DNA of 64,000 nucleotides from an uncultured Gammaproteobacteria bacterium (GTDB lineage: Bacteria > Patescibacteriota > Patescibacteriia > UBA11705 > JABHMO01), in the NCBI GenBank assembly GCA_964590105.1, contig CAZPYM010000001.1:160395-224394 (forward strand), in the 5' to 3' direction. Under the pieces are notes generated by a model, which saw only the letters and a program-made list of their open reading frames with translations, did not search any database and had not been told where the DNA came from. Made by a program: the position numbers and the translations under genes. This document shows positions 49,416 to 57,952 of the stretch, piece by piece (the first letter of the stretch is position 1; every line of letters begins with the position of its first letter).

Positions 49416-49494
49416 ATGCGAGAACAGATTGATTCTAATTTGTTCTCGCCTTTATGGCGAATCTAAACAATGATGTTTGGATCCGGCTAGAGGC
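49416..49494 (+). repeat. Structured two-hairpin leader repeat, copy 2
   Basis: GCGAGAACAGATT/AATTTGTTCTCGC hairpin, then a near-identical second hairpin, exactly 600 bp from copy 1. Confidence 0.75.
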
Positions 49495-49516
49495 ACCTTA
49501 CAAAAGGAGAACGAAA

Positions 49517-49711
49517 ATGGCACAGAATGATCAGGGTTGGAACCAGCTGGTGCGGGATCCGCAGAGTTTCATGACCGACGTGCTCGACACCGGAGATGGG
49601 GTCAATGTGCATGACACCTTCCGTTTCAACACTGATGGCGACGCCATCGGTCGGTCGCACACCACGGTCGAGGTCGACGGACAGTTCAAGCGTCTGAACC
49701 ACGACTGGTAA
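49517..49711 (+). CDS. Orphan acidic micro-protein 4
   Basis: AGGAG RBS; followed by the GGGCAGCCA/TGGCTGCCC hairpin. Confidence 0.7.
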   Translation: MAQNDQGWNQLVRDPQSFMTDVLDTGDGVNVHDTFRFNTDGDAIGRSHTTVEVDGQFKRLNHDW

Positions 49712-49838
49712 GATGAACAAGGGCAGCCATCATTGGCTGCCCGTCTATCCTTGCCAATTACTCAATATGTAATTTGTAATGATAGGCGTTGTTCTTTTCA
49801 ATTATCTACAAATTAGTTTTACCGAAGGGAGGAATAGC

Positions 49839-50087
49839 ATGAGCAGATGGCAATATGAATTTTCATCAGGGAGAACTATTCTCGTTGAAGAGATTTGGGA
49901 ATCTTTGCCGGAAGTGCCTGCAAGCATGTTTGACAAGCAAGCGTCTGCCATTCGTCGTATCACAGGCGACCTGACTGCAGACGAATTTGCCCATGACATT
50001 CTGCGCAGAGCAGGCGTGCGTTCCAGGGCCGAGGAAGCCCAGGATATCATGGCCAACGTCAATCGAATCCTGCCGCTCGGGCATTAA
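49839..50087 (+). CDS. Orphan micro-protein 5 (paralog of 48917-49123)
   Basis: GGAGG RBS; clear C-terminal similarity to micro-protein 2. Confidence 0.75.
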   Translation: MSRWQYEFSSGRTILVEEIWESLPEVPASMFDKQASAIRRITGDLTADEFAHDILRRAGVRSRAEEAQDIMANVNRILPLGH

Positions 50088-50118
50088 GTAGAGAACTCAG
50101 AAAAAGTCCATTCGCAAA

Positions 50119-50192
50119 GTGAGGGAAGCAGGTCATTCTTTTTCTCTCCTCTATAGTGAACCGGAACAAATAGTTTGGATTCACTTTGAGAA
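50119..50192 (+). repeat. Degenerate third copy of the structured leader
   Basis: TTCTCTCCTCTATAGTGAACCGGAACAAATAGTTTGGATTCACTTTGAG aligns with copies 1 and 2 and keeps the pairing. Confidence 0.55.
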
Positions 50193-50217
50193 ATAGTTCT
50201 AACAAAGGAGGATCGTC

Positions 50218-50478
50218 ATGGACATTGACCGACAGATGTTTCTGCAAGGGCCGTGCGATGGCTGCCCGTTGCGTATGCACGGTGAGCCGCAATCGCAGTG
50301 CCGATTCTGCGATCGCAATCCGTATCAGCAGAAACCGTGGTGGCCGGTACCGGTGTCGCCACCGCCGATTTTCGAGCCGTATCCGTCGCCGTTCCCGCCG
50401 CTGCCGCCTTACCCGCCGATTTTCGATCCGTATCCTCCGCCGTTCCCGCCGCCATTCTACTTCGATCCGCGCTGCTAG
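50218..50478 (+). CDS. Orphan micro-protein 6: CxxC...CxxC plus Pro-rich repeats
   Basis: AAGGAGG RBS; CDGC, CRFC and PPIF(E/D)PYP twice; terminator GGGGCAAAC/GTTTGCCCC follows. Confidence 0.7.
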   Translation: MDIDRQMFLQGPCDGCPLRMHGEPQSQCRFCDRNPYQQKPWWPVPVSPPPIFEPYPSPFPPLPPYPPIFDPYPPPFPPPFYFDPRC

Positions 50479-50601
50479 CCCTTGACTGGCAGAAACGGGG
50501 CAAACGCATTGTGTTTGCCCCATATTTTTTTATTTTAAAATTTTTTGCTATAATACATCTACAAGACAAATAAAAATAAAAACCTATGATGACATCGTTT
50601 T

Positions 50602-50973
50602 TTGCTGGCAAAATTGTTCGGTTTATTTTTCTTTATCATTGGCGTCTTGTTGTTAGCTAGGAGACGTTACTTTGAGGCAATTGCCAAGGGATTTGCCAAG
50701 CAAGATCTTTTGCTTTATTTTGCCGGACTGCTAAATCTTATCTTGGGATTACTGCTCGTTTTAAATCATAATGTTTGGCAGGATTCTTGGCGTATAGTAA
50801 TATCAGTTGTTGGCTGGTTGGTTTTGCTGAAGGGTTTGTTTATATTATTTTTCAGCGAAATCGTAGCAAAATTGCTTAAATGGATATGCAAATACAATAA
50901 TTATTTTTATTTCGCGGGCGCGATTGCAATATTGCTCGGCTTGTATTTTTTGTATCAAGGCTTTTGGATCTAA
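50602..50973 (+). CDS. Four-TM membrane protein
   Basis: Hydrophobic with HNVW...GWL..LKG; start uncertain because the nearby ATGs are out of frame. Confidence 0.7.
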   Translation: MLAKLFGLFFFIIGVLLLARRRYFEAIAKGFAKQDLLLYFAGLLNLILGLLLVLNHNVWQDSWRIVISVVGWLVLLKGLFILFFSEIVAKLLKWICKYNNYFYFAGAIAILLGLYFLYQGFWI

Positions 50974-51090
50974 AAAATTCTTTAAATAATAGAATTCCGA
51001 ATTTGGGTTCTATTATTTTGATTAAAATCAATTCCCGGGCGGCTGTTTATAATTAAATAAAAGTTTGCTATAATAATATCAGATATACAT

Positions 51091-52419
51091 ATGAACAAGG
51101 ACGGACAACTCCCCTTGGCGGACAATAAAAAAGAGGTTAAGGTGCTTAAAAAGCGAATTTTTGGCAGTTTTTTTGCCACGCAAAAAAGGCAGAAAAAAGT
51201 TTACGAGCAGATCAAGGAAAGAGCGGCCGGTGATTTTGATTTTTATATAATGTCTCTTTTTGCCGGCATTATAATTACGCTTGGTATAATTATTGATTCG
51301 GCGGCTGTGGTTATCGGCGGCATGCTGATCGCGCCTCTGGTCTGGCCGATCCTGGCCATGGCTCTCGGCGTTTGCATGGGACGGCCGAGATTATTGCAAA
51401 CAGCGCTCGGGACAATACTGAAGAGTACTCTAGTAATTCTGCTGGTGGCTATTTTACTCGGCTTGATTGTGCCTGATTTGGTAATTGAAAATAAAGAATT
51501 TTTACAGAGAACCAGTCCGACACTGTTTGAACTTTTGATCGGTCTGGCTGCCGGATTTGTCGGGGCATTTATAATTGCTTATCCGAAAATAGGTTCGGCG
51601 ATTGCCGGCGTAGTCATGGCCGCGGCGATTGTGCCGCCAATTGCGACAATTGGGTTATCAATAGGCCGCGGCGATTTTGACGCGGCGGCAGGAGCGCTCT
51701 TGTTGTTCTTGTCGAATTTGATTGCTATTACTTTTGCCGCTACAATTTTATTTTTAATTTCAAATTTTTCTCCGACCAGTGAAATCGGACATGAAAAAAG
51801 CAAAAGCGGATTCCGTTGGTCTTTGCTTTTTCTAGTGATAATTTTCATCCCTCTAATTCTAACCACCAAGCAAACAGCAGAAGCAGTGAAAAATAATAAA
51901 ATTATCAAGGGCGTGGTGCAGTCATCGCTCGAGCAAGTTTCAGTTTCCGAGCTTCAAATATCTGAGCAAAACGGTATTCTGACGGCCTCTCTGACACTCA
52001 ATGCCAATGAAAGCATAACCAAAGATCAAATAAGCGCCATGGAAAATATTTTATTAAAGCAACTCGGCAAGCCGGTGATTTTGAAAATAAAAATTTTGCC
52101 GGTTGTTGAAGCGGGCGATGATGTTTTTAGCAAATGGAAAAAAATTATGGATATTGAAAGCGCGCTTGAACAAGAAAAACAAAAACAATTGGAACAGGAA
52201 AAACTTGATGAAGATCTAGTGAAGTGCCCGGTAGCGGTTAACGGAATAAAAATAATTAGAGCGTATCCAATCTCAATCGGTTGTCCTGTTTGTCCGAAAG
52301 TTATTTCTTGCGGCGACGGACGAGAATTTCCGGGACAATCATTCAATGAAGCTCTGGGCGAGTGCGAAGATTTATTGTTTGCCGGAGGCGCTCCGTGTTT
52401 TCAGGAAGCCAGCGAATAG
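51091..52419 (+). CDS. TIGR00341/DUF389 family membrane protein
   Basis: DSAAVVIGGMLIAPL, RTSPT and IAGVVMAAAIVPP motifs; Cys-rich C-terminal extension. Confidence 0.88.
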   Translation: MNKDGQLPLADNKKEVKVLKKRIFGSFFATQKRQKKVYEQIKERAAGDFDFYIMSLFAGIIITLGIIIDSAAVVIGGMLIAPLVWPILAMALGVCMGRPRLLQTALGTILKSTLVILLVAILLGLIVPDLVIENKEFLQRTSPTLFELLIGLAAGFVGAFIIAYPKIGSAIAGVVMAAAIVPPIATIGLSIGRGDFDAAAGALLLFLSNLIAITFAATILFLISNFSPTSEIGHEKSKSGFRWSLLFLVIIFIPLILTTKQTAEAVKNNKIIKGVVQSSLEQVSVSELQISEQNGILTASLTLNANESITKDQISAMENILLKQLGKPVILKIKILPVVEAGDDVFSKWKKIMDIESALEQEKQKQLEQEKLDEDLVKCPVAVNGIKIIRAYPISIGCPVCPKVISCGDGREFPGQSFNEALGECEDLLFAGGAPCFQEASE

Positions 52420-52423
52420 AAAG

Positions 52424-52682
52424 AAAATTACAAATTACAAATAACGAATTACAAGCAAATCACAAATTACAAATATGGAATTGATAATTTTGACGGCATA
52501 GTCGTCAAGGTGATATTGATTGCTTCGTAATTGAGAATTGGGACAAATTTAAATTAAGTTCAAGTAGGTTAATATGCTTTGTCTTTTTTGATGAGCGCTT
52601 GACGGTTTGTGATTTGTGTTTTGTAATTTTACTTTATTGTTTGTAATTTGTTTGTGTCTTATAATTTGTATTTTGTTATTTA
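52424..52682. repeat. Inverted arrays of AATTACA-like heptamers
   Basis: (AAATTAC)n at 52424-52473 facing (TTGTAAT/TTGTGAT)n at ~52607-52682. Confidence 0.7.
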
Positions 52683-52692
52683 TTATTATTTT

Positions 52693-53361
52693 ATGCACAA
52701 CATCACCATCCCTCTGATTGTCGGATCGGCGGCAATTGATTCCATTAATCCATGCGCTTTCGCGGTTTTGATTTTTTTGATTTTATATTTAATAGCCGTG
52801 AAAAATAAAAATAAAATGCTGGCGATTGGGTTGGTTTATATTTTTATTGTGTTTCTGGTTTATTTTTTGGCCGGAATCGGATTACTTAGTTTTATCCAAA
52901 GCGTTCATGTTACAAAATATTTCTATTATTTTACAGCGGTTTTGGCCATAATTCTTGGTTTAATTAATTTGAAAGATGTGTTTTGGAGCGGCAATGGAAT
53001 GACGCTGGCTATCCCGGATTCAAAAAAAGCCCTGATCCAAAAATATATTAAAAAAGCGACTTTGCCGGCCGCAATTGTTCTCGGCGTGCTCGTTGCTTTG
53101 TTTGAACTGCCCTGCACCGGAGGAGTTTATTTGGCTGTTTTGTCATTATTGGCTGATAAAAACACCTGGTTGCAGGCAGTGCTTTATTTGTTGCTGTATA
53201 ATTTAATTTTTGTTCTGCCTTTACTGATTATTTTGCTGGCCGTTTACTATGGCCTGCCGCCTGAAAAAGTCGAAGCCTGGCGAAAAGAAAAAAAGAAATG
53301 GATGCGGCTGGTTATTGGTTTGGTTTTAATCGGACTTGGAATTATTATGCTTTTTATATAA
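52693..53361 (+). CDS. CcdA/GAP-like membrane redox protein
   Basis: DSINPCAF and ELPCTGG motifs; paralogous to the TM domain of 15518-16789. Confidence 0.82.
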   Translation: MHNITIPLIVGSAAIDSINPCAFAVLIFLILYLIAVKNKNKMLAIGLVYIFIVFLVYFLAGIGLLSFIQSVHVTKYFYYFTAVLAIILGLINLKDVFWSGNGMTLAIPDSKKALIQKYIKKATLPAAIVLGVLVALFELPCTGGVYLAVLSLLADKNTWLQAVLYLLLYNLIFVLPLLIILLAVYYGLPPEKVEAWRKEKKKWMRLVIGLVLIGLGIIMLFI

Positions 53362-53512
53362 ACGATGAATTGTTCTGATTAACCTAATTCACCTAATTAT
53401 TCTAAATAAGGTCTAAGCTCCAAATCCTAAATTCAGAAAATAGAATAATTAAGTCATTGGAATTTAGTTAGGTTAATTAGAATAATTAAGACAATTAGAA
53501 TAATTTTATTAT

Positions 53513-53764
53513 ATGTCAGAAAAACAAATTGGACGCATTACTCACTATTTTGACAACCTGGGCGTGGCGGTGCTGAATTTGGAAGGCAAGCTAAAAGTGG
53601 GCGACAAGATTAGAATTCAGGGAGGCGAGGTCGAGTTTGAGCAAGTGATTGAATCTATGCAGATTGATCGAGAGCCAATTGACAAAGCCAAAAAGGGCGA
53701 TGATGTCGGCATGAAGGTAAAGGAAAGAGTAAGGCAGGGCTATCGGGTTTTTTTAGTAAAATAA
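53513..53764 (+). CDS. Translation-factor beta-barrel-like small protein (U32 C-terminal-like)
   Basis: IGRITHYFDNLGVA...LKVGDKI...SMQID...AKKGDDVGMK. Confidence 0.85.
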   Translation: MSEKQIGRITHYFDNLGVAVLNLEGKLKVGDKIRIQGGEVEFEQVIESMQIDREPIDKAKKGDDVGMKVKERVRQGYRVFLVK

Positions 53765-53934
53765 AACCTGATGCAAGTTCTTGGTTGGTTCAAATTAAGT
53801 AAAAACAGCAAAAGGTCAGCTTGAAAAACCGGCAGGATACTGTTATAATTATTACGGATTAGTTTAAGCTTAGATAACATAGTTTGCCCGTCAAATCAAT
53901 GGTTAGCGAGCAATTAGCTTTATTTTAATTATTT

Positions 53935-55539
53935 ATGTCAAAGGTTACCGATAGGTTAATAAAAAATTTCCTTGAAGCTGAGTACAGAACGCCTATAGAT
54001 GAAATTCTAAAAGTTAATGCTGTGATCGGCAAGGCGGCCTTTGTTTACGAAAAAGTGCGCAATGCTATTGATTATCAGGAAGAGCATTTGATCCGCAAAA
54101 GCGCGATTTACCGAATTTTAAAAAGAAAACTATTGCTAGAAAAGGTTATTTTGGAAAATTATTTATTGGATAAATATCACCATGAAAATCTGCCAAAGCA
54201 ATTATTGCAGGAATTGATTCGCGGCGGCTATATTAGAGATAAAGTCCCAGTGCAAATGGTCAAGGTTGTAGACGACATTATCCAAAAATACAATGTTCTC
54301 CTGGCCAAGATTAAAGAGTCAGAAGGTAAATTGACCAGAAAACAATGGAAATATTTTTTGGAAATGTGTTCGGTTGAAATAGAATTGGCCGTTATTCCCC
54401 CGAAAAAAGAAAAAGCTCTGATCAATGCCATGTTTTCGGTTTACAATCCTAGAATAAAGTTCAAAAATCAGGATATTACTGATCAGGAAAAAGAACTGCA
54501 GGCATATTTATGCTGTCACCGCGTGTTGTTTAAATGGGATGAGGCAATGCTCCGAACATTGTTACTCGGGCTTTATTATCCTCAATGGAAAAAAGCGGAT
54601 GAAGCTACTATCGGAAAGATCGCCAATAATATTGGCAAGATTGTGGCGGAAATAGACAAGCAAATTGCTCATCCCCTGAAAAATCAGGTGCAAAAAGTTT
54701 TGCAGAAAAAGGCGATTATATTTTGGATAATTCAGGATATTTTGGAAAGTGAACCCAAAAAGGCAAAACAGATTTTCGGTGATGCCGAGCTTTTGGAAGA
54801 AGAAATAAAAAAACAAGTACATAAACGTTACAAGGGCGTGCGGGTAAAGCTGCGGCGCGGTGTGGTTAGAAGTATTATTTACGTGTTTTTTACTAAAATG
54901 GTTTTAGCTTTGGCGCTCGAATTTCCTATGGATTGGTATTTGAACGGCGCGATTAATTATGTTTCAGTTGCAATAAATATTTTATTCCCGCCATTTTTGA
55001 TGTTTGTAGTCGCCATACTTATCCGCATGCCGAAGAAGGAAAACACCACGAAGATTGTGAATGAAATTAGTCAGATCGCGCTAAAGCAAAATGAGGGAAA
55101 GATGTATGAGCTAAAGCCTTTTCATGGGCGGAGCAAAATTTCGCGTTATATTTTTAATTTGATCTACGGTTTAACCTTTCTTTTTTCGATAATGATGATA
55201 TTTACTGTGCTGTACAAGTGGGGTTTTAATTTTTTTAGCAGTTTAATATTTGTTCTGTTTCTGACTTTGGTGAGCTTTTTTGGCATGCGCATCCGCCGGC
55301 CGGTTCAGGATTTGCTGGCTGTTGAAAGACGCGAGAGCATCATCGGTTCCATTGTTGATTTTTTCGCCCTGCCTTTTGTCAGCATGGGGCGCTGGATGTC
55401 GGGTAAGTTTTCCAAGATTAATGTTCTGGCCATGTTTTTGGATTTAATTATTGAAGCGCCGTTTAAATTGCTGATTGAGGTTTTTGAGGATTTATTTGGT
55501 TTTATCCGGGAGAAAAAAGAGGAGGTGATGGATGATTAG
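53935..55539 (+). CDS. Conserved hypothetical membrane protein
   Basis: YEKVRNAIDYQEEHLIRK N-terminus with C-terminal TM segments. Confidence 0.75.
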   Translation: MSKVTDRLIKNFLEAEYRTPIDEILKVNAVIGKAAFVYEKVRNAIDYQEEHLIRKSAIYRILKRKLLLEKVILENYLLDKYHHENLPKQLLQELIRGGYIRDKVPVQMVKVVDDIIQKYNVLLAKIKESEGKLTRKQWKYFLEMCSVEIELAVIPPKKEKALINAMFSVYNPRIKFKNQDITDQEKELQAYLCCHRVLFKWDEAMLRTLLLGLYYPQWKKADEATIGKIANNIGKIVAEIDKQIAHPLKNQVQKVLQKKAIIFWIIQDILESEPKKAKQIFGDAELLEEEIKKQVHKRYKGVRVKLRRGVVRSIIYVFFTKMVLALALEFPMDWYLNGAINYVSVAINILFPPFLMFVVAILIRMPKKENTTKIVNEISQIALKQNEGKMYELKPFHGRSKISRYIFNLIYGLTFLFSIMMIFTVLYKWGFNFFSSLIFVLFLTLVSFFGMRIRRPVQDLLAVERRESIIGSIVDFFALPFVSMGRWMSGKFSKINVLAMFLDLIIEAPFKLLIEVFEDLFGFIREKKEEVMDD

Positions 55540-55762
55540 ACGCATTACACATAACACGGAGCACGGAACACGAGACATAAAACATGGAATATCGTTATAC
55601 AATATTGGCTTTAAGTTTTTGCGAGATGTAATTCAATTATTTCGGCTGTTATTAAGTGAGACAAACAAAAAATACTCTTCAATTTGGAGTATTTATTTTT
55701 AAAATAGGAATTAGTTGGGTGGACGGCGGGTGAGTAATCACCTCGCCGCCCACCCGGCCTTG

Positions 55763-56113
55763 TTAGAGCGTGCGAATAACGGCACGCCCATACTTTCTGT
55801 CGCAGTGAGTGATATTCAGGATGTGCCATCCCTGATCCTGTGTGAACTGGACTTTGAACATGCGCGGGTGGAACATTCCTTGCCAGCGCTCAACAAAGGG
55901 ATACCGAGCAATCCAGTGCTCGAATTCCTCAATTCCGCCTTGCCGGAGGATGCCCAGGGCACAAATTGCGACATCAGTTCTGAAGCCACCTTTTTCATCG
56001 GGATACGACGAGAGCCGGTTGCAGAGCTTCGTTGCCAACATCCCGACCATGGGCGGGAACGCGGTGGCGACGAAAATCATCAATGAACGAAGTATGTCTG
56101 AAAGTACTTGCAT
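55763..56113 (-). CDS. Hypothetical protein
   Basis: AAGGAG RBS before ATG 56113 (MQVLSDIL...); minus-strand TTGACA promoter near 56200. Confidence 0.55.
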   Translation of the reverse strand: MQVLSDILRSLMIFVATAFPPMVGMLATKLCNRLSSYPDEKGGFRTDVAICALGILRQGGIEEFEHWIARYPFVERWQGMFHPRMFKVQFTQDQGWHILNITHCDRKYGRAVIRTL

Positions 56114-56360
56114 GTTTTCTCCTTCTTGTTTGTGATTCAAATCGAACTATATGGTGTCTGGATCTAGAACTGAATATAATATCATAAAAATTAGGGCATG
56201 TCAATAAGACCACATCAAATTTGGCTAAAATAAGTCACGATAACGTAAAATTGCTTAAATAATTGGAAAAAGTATAAAGCCTCTGCGTCGATTTATTGAT
56301 ATTATTTTATGTAATCATAATATTTAAATGTCACTTCTTGCTTTTCACAGAGTTAAAATT

Positions 56361-56389
56361 TGACATGATTGGTTTAGTGTGCTATTATA
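56361..56389 (+). promoter_or_regulatory. Sigma70 promoter for the leader and tRNA-Asn
   Basis: TTGACA-N17-TATTAT with a TGn extension; the predicted start site falls near the ATG at 56397. Confidence 0.7.
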
Positions 56390-56396
56390 ATTTTGT

Positions 56397-56456
56397 ATGA
56401 AAAAATTCACTCAAACAACCAATTGTAATAATAATAACCGCCCAAGCGTTGGTTGA
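56397..56456 (+). CDS. Asn-rich leader peptide MKKFTQTTNCNNNNRPSVG
   Basis: 19-aa ORF with 5 Asn in 6 consecutive codons, ending 54 bp upstream of tRNA-Asn. Confidence 0.7.
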   Translation: MKKFTQTTNCNNNNRPSVG

Positions 56457-56481
56457 GTGTTTTAGTTAAAATAAAACAGTT

Positions 56482-56504
56482 GGCCGGCGCGAGCCGGTTT
56501 TTTT
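56482..56504 (+). terminator. Intrinsic terminator (attenuator) immediately upstream of tRNA-Asn
   Basis: GGCCGGC-GCGA-GCCGGTT stem with a GNRA loop and a run of 7 T. Confidence 0.8.
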
Positions 56505-56510
56505 AATTGT

Positions 56511-56585
56511 TTCGGGATAGTAAAATTGGTATAACATCGCGCTGTTAACGCGAAGTTCCAGGTTCGAGCCCTGGTCCCGGAGCCA
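56511..56585 (+). tRNA. tRNA-Asn(GTT)
   Basis: Acceptor TTCGGGA/TCCCGGA, anticodon arm TCGCG-CTGTTAA-CGCGA, T-arm CCAGG-TTCGAGC-CCTGG, discriminator G and encoded CCA. Confidence 0.96.
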
Positions 56586-56653
56586 TAAAAAATAAATTTA
56601 GATATAAAAAGACCAGGGCGAGATCCCGCCACTCGCGAGCGGCGGCGAGAAGT

Positions 56654-57030
56654 TTATCCCGAGTTAAAGCGAGGGAAGCCCTGGTCCCGGAGCCAAACAG
56701 GACAGCCATCAGAATTGGCGGCTGTTTTTGTTTGTGTGTTTGCGAGATTTAGCACTAAATCAAAGGGTTTTTTGAGTTGAAAGGTAAGAACTTTACCTGT
56801 TACTGTTGGGTTTTGAAGTATATAATTTAAAAATGTTCTTTTTTTAGCAATTTCAGAACTTTTTTCAAAAATAGTCTTTGCTCTGCGAGCTACAGAAATG
56901 ACTGTGGCAACAGTAGTTTGATTATTATAATCGGCTTTTGTGTGTTCAGATAGTTCAATTTCAAGGGTTTGTATTTGGTCTTGGTATTTTTGATGTTTCC
57001 TGTCATATGTATCCTTAGTAATACACCCCT
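56654..57030 (-). pseudogene. C-terminal remnant of an integrase, probably a large serine recombinase
   Basis: Coiled-coil G.ITKDTYD...KKRTFLNYILQN...LKKPFD...CPVWLRDQG reads into the tRNA-end repeat; the catalytic N-terminus is absent. Confidence 0.65.
56677..56695 (+). repeat. Duplicate of the tRNA-Asn 3' end (att site)
   Basis: AGCCCTGGTCCCGGAGCCA is identical to 56567-56585. Confidence 0.9.
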
Positions 57031-57122
57031 TGGTGTGTGTTTTGTTGTTGCTATTGACAGATAATCTATTATGATATATACTTAAACTGTTAAACAAGTA
57101 TTTAATTATTTAATCAATAACG

Positions 57123-57458
57123 ATGCTTAGCAAAAAAGAAATTCAAAAAAACCGCAAAATGTTGACCACAGCCGACAAAAGCATGGCGGCGACATTTAAG
57201 GTATTGGGTGATGTTAATCGCTACCGAATTTTTCGCGTCCTTGTGGAGCAGCCAAAGCTTTCTGTAAGTGCCATCGCCGAGATCCTGGACATCTCTCTGC
57301 CTCTGACATCACAACATATCAAAGTTTTAGTGAATAGCAACCTGCTCCAAAAAGTGCGGGATGGAAAAAGAATTTTTCCAAAAATTAAACAAGATAATCC
57401 GTTCGTTCCTGCCATACTTAAAACAATTAAATTGGCTTACAAGTCACGGATTAAATAA
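57123..57458 (+). CDS. ArsR/SmtB family regulator
   Basis: FKVLGDVNRYRIF...SVSAIAEIL...SQHIKVL; promoter TTGACA-N17-TATACT at 57053. Confidence 0.9.
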   Translation: MLSKKEIQKNRKMLTTADKSMAATFKVLGDVNRYRIFRVLVEQPKLSVSAIAEILDISLPLTSQHIKVLVNSNLLQKVRDGKRIFPKIKQDNPFVPAILKTIKLAYKSRIK

Positions 57459-57468
57459 ATAAAATATT

Positions 57469-57900
57469 ATGAAAAAAATGCTCTGATTCTGCTCGCTGTC
57501 GTTTTTCGGTTTTAATGGTTGGTGCTGGCTGTACAAAAGTCGATATTAATGAAGATAATTTGGCTTATACTGAAAGAAATAATCAAATGGTTGTTAGCGC
57601 TATTATTAGAACGGGAGTAAAAATTGTTACAACAAAAGTTGCGACAAAGGTAAATACGACAACTAACCCAAAACATTACGGAAAAGAAAAACAATGTGTG
57701 GACAATTACCATCGCCATCATCTGTTGTGATTATTGACGGTGTGGATGTTGTTAAAATAATTACTGAATCAAATGCTTGATAAGAACAGTAACGGTAAAG
57801 GTCTCCAATATTTTAAATTATACAAAATTGATTTGAATCAAAACGCATTATTCCAATTTGGTGAGTTTGACAGCGCGTACACTAAAATTGGAGATTGGAA
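57469..57900 (+). pseudogene. Frameshifted lipoprotein gene
   Basis: The MKK...LILLAVV...LMVGAGCTK signal is split across frames; it resembles the signal peptide of the next gene. Confidence 0.5.
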
Positions 57901-57952
57901 ATAATATAACTCACTTAATTATATAACTTACTTAATTAATTAAAAAATAATT

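Noticed and set aside
48814-50192. Leader repeats as CRISPR repeats or integron attC sites
   Set aside because: Spacing is 600-700 bp with no cas genes, there are no canonical RYYYAAC/GTTRRRY ends around the full stem, and no integron integrase is in the window.
50059-50611. Arg-rich and Ala-rich overlapping ORFs
   Set aside because: They are alternative frames of the Pro-rich gene 50218-50478, which has the RBS and terminator.
53765-53930. Possible riboswitch upstream of 53935
   Set aside because: No complete consensus of a known class could be traced.
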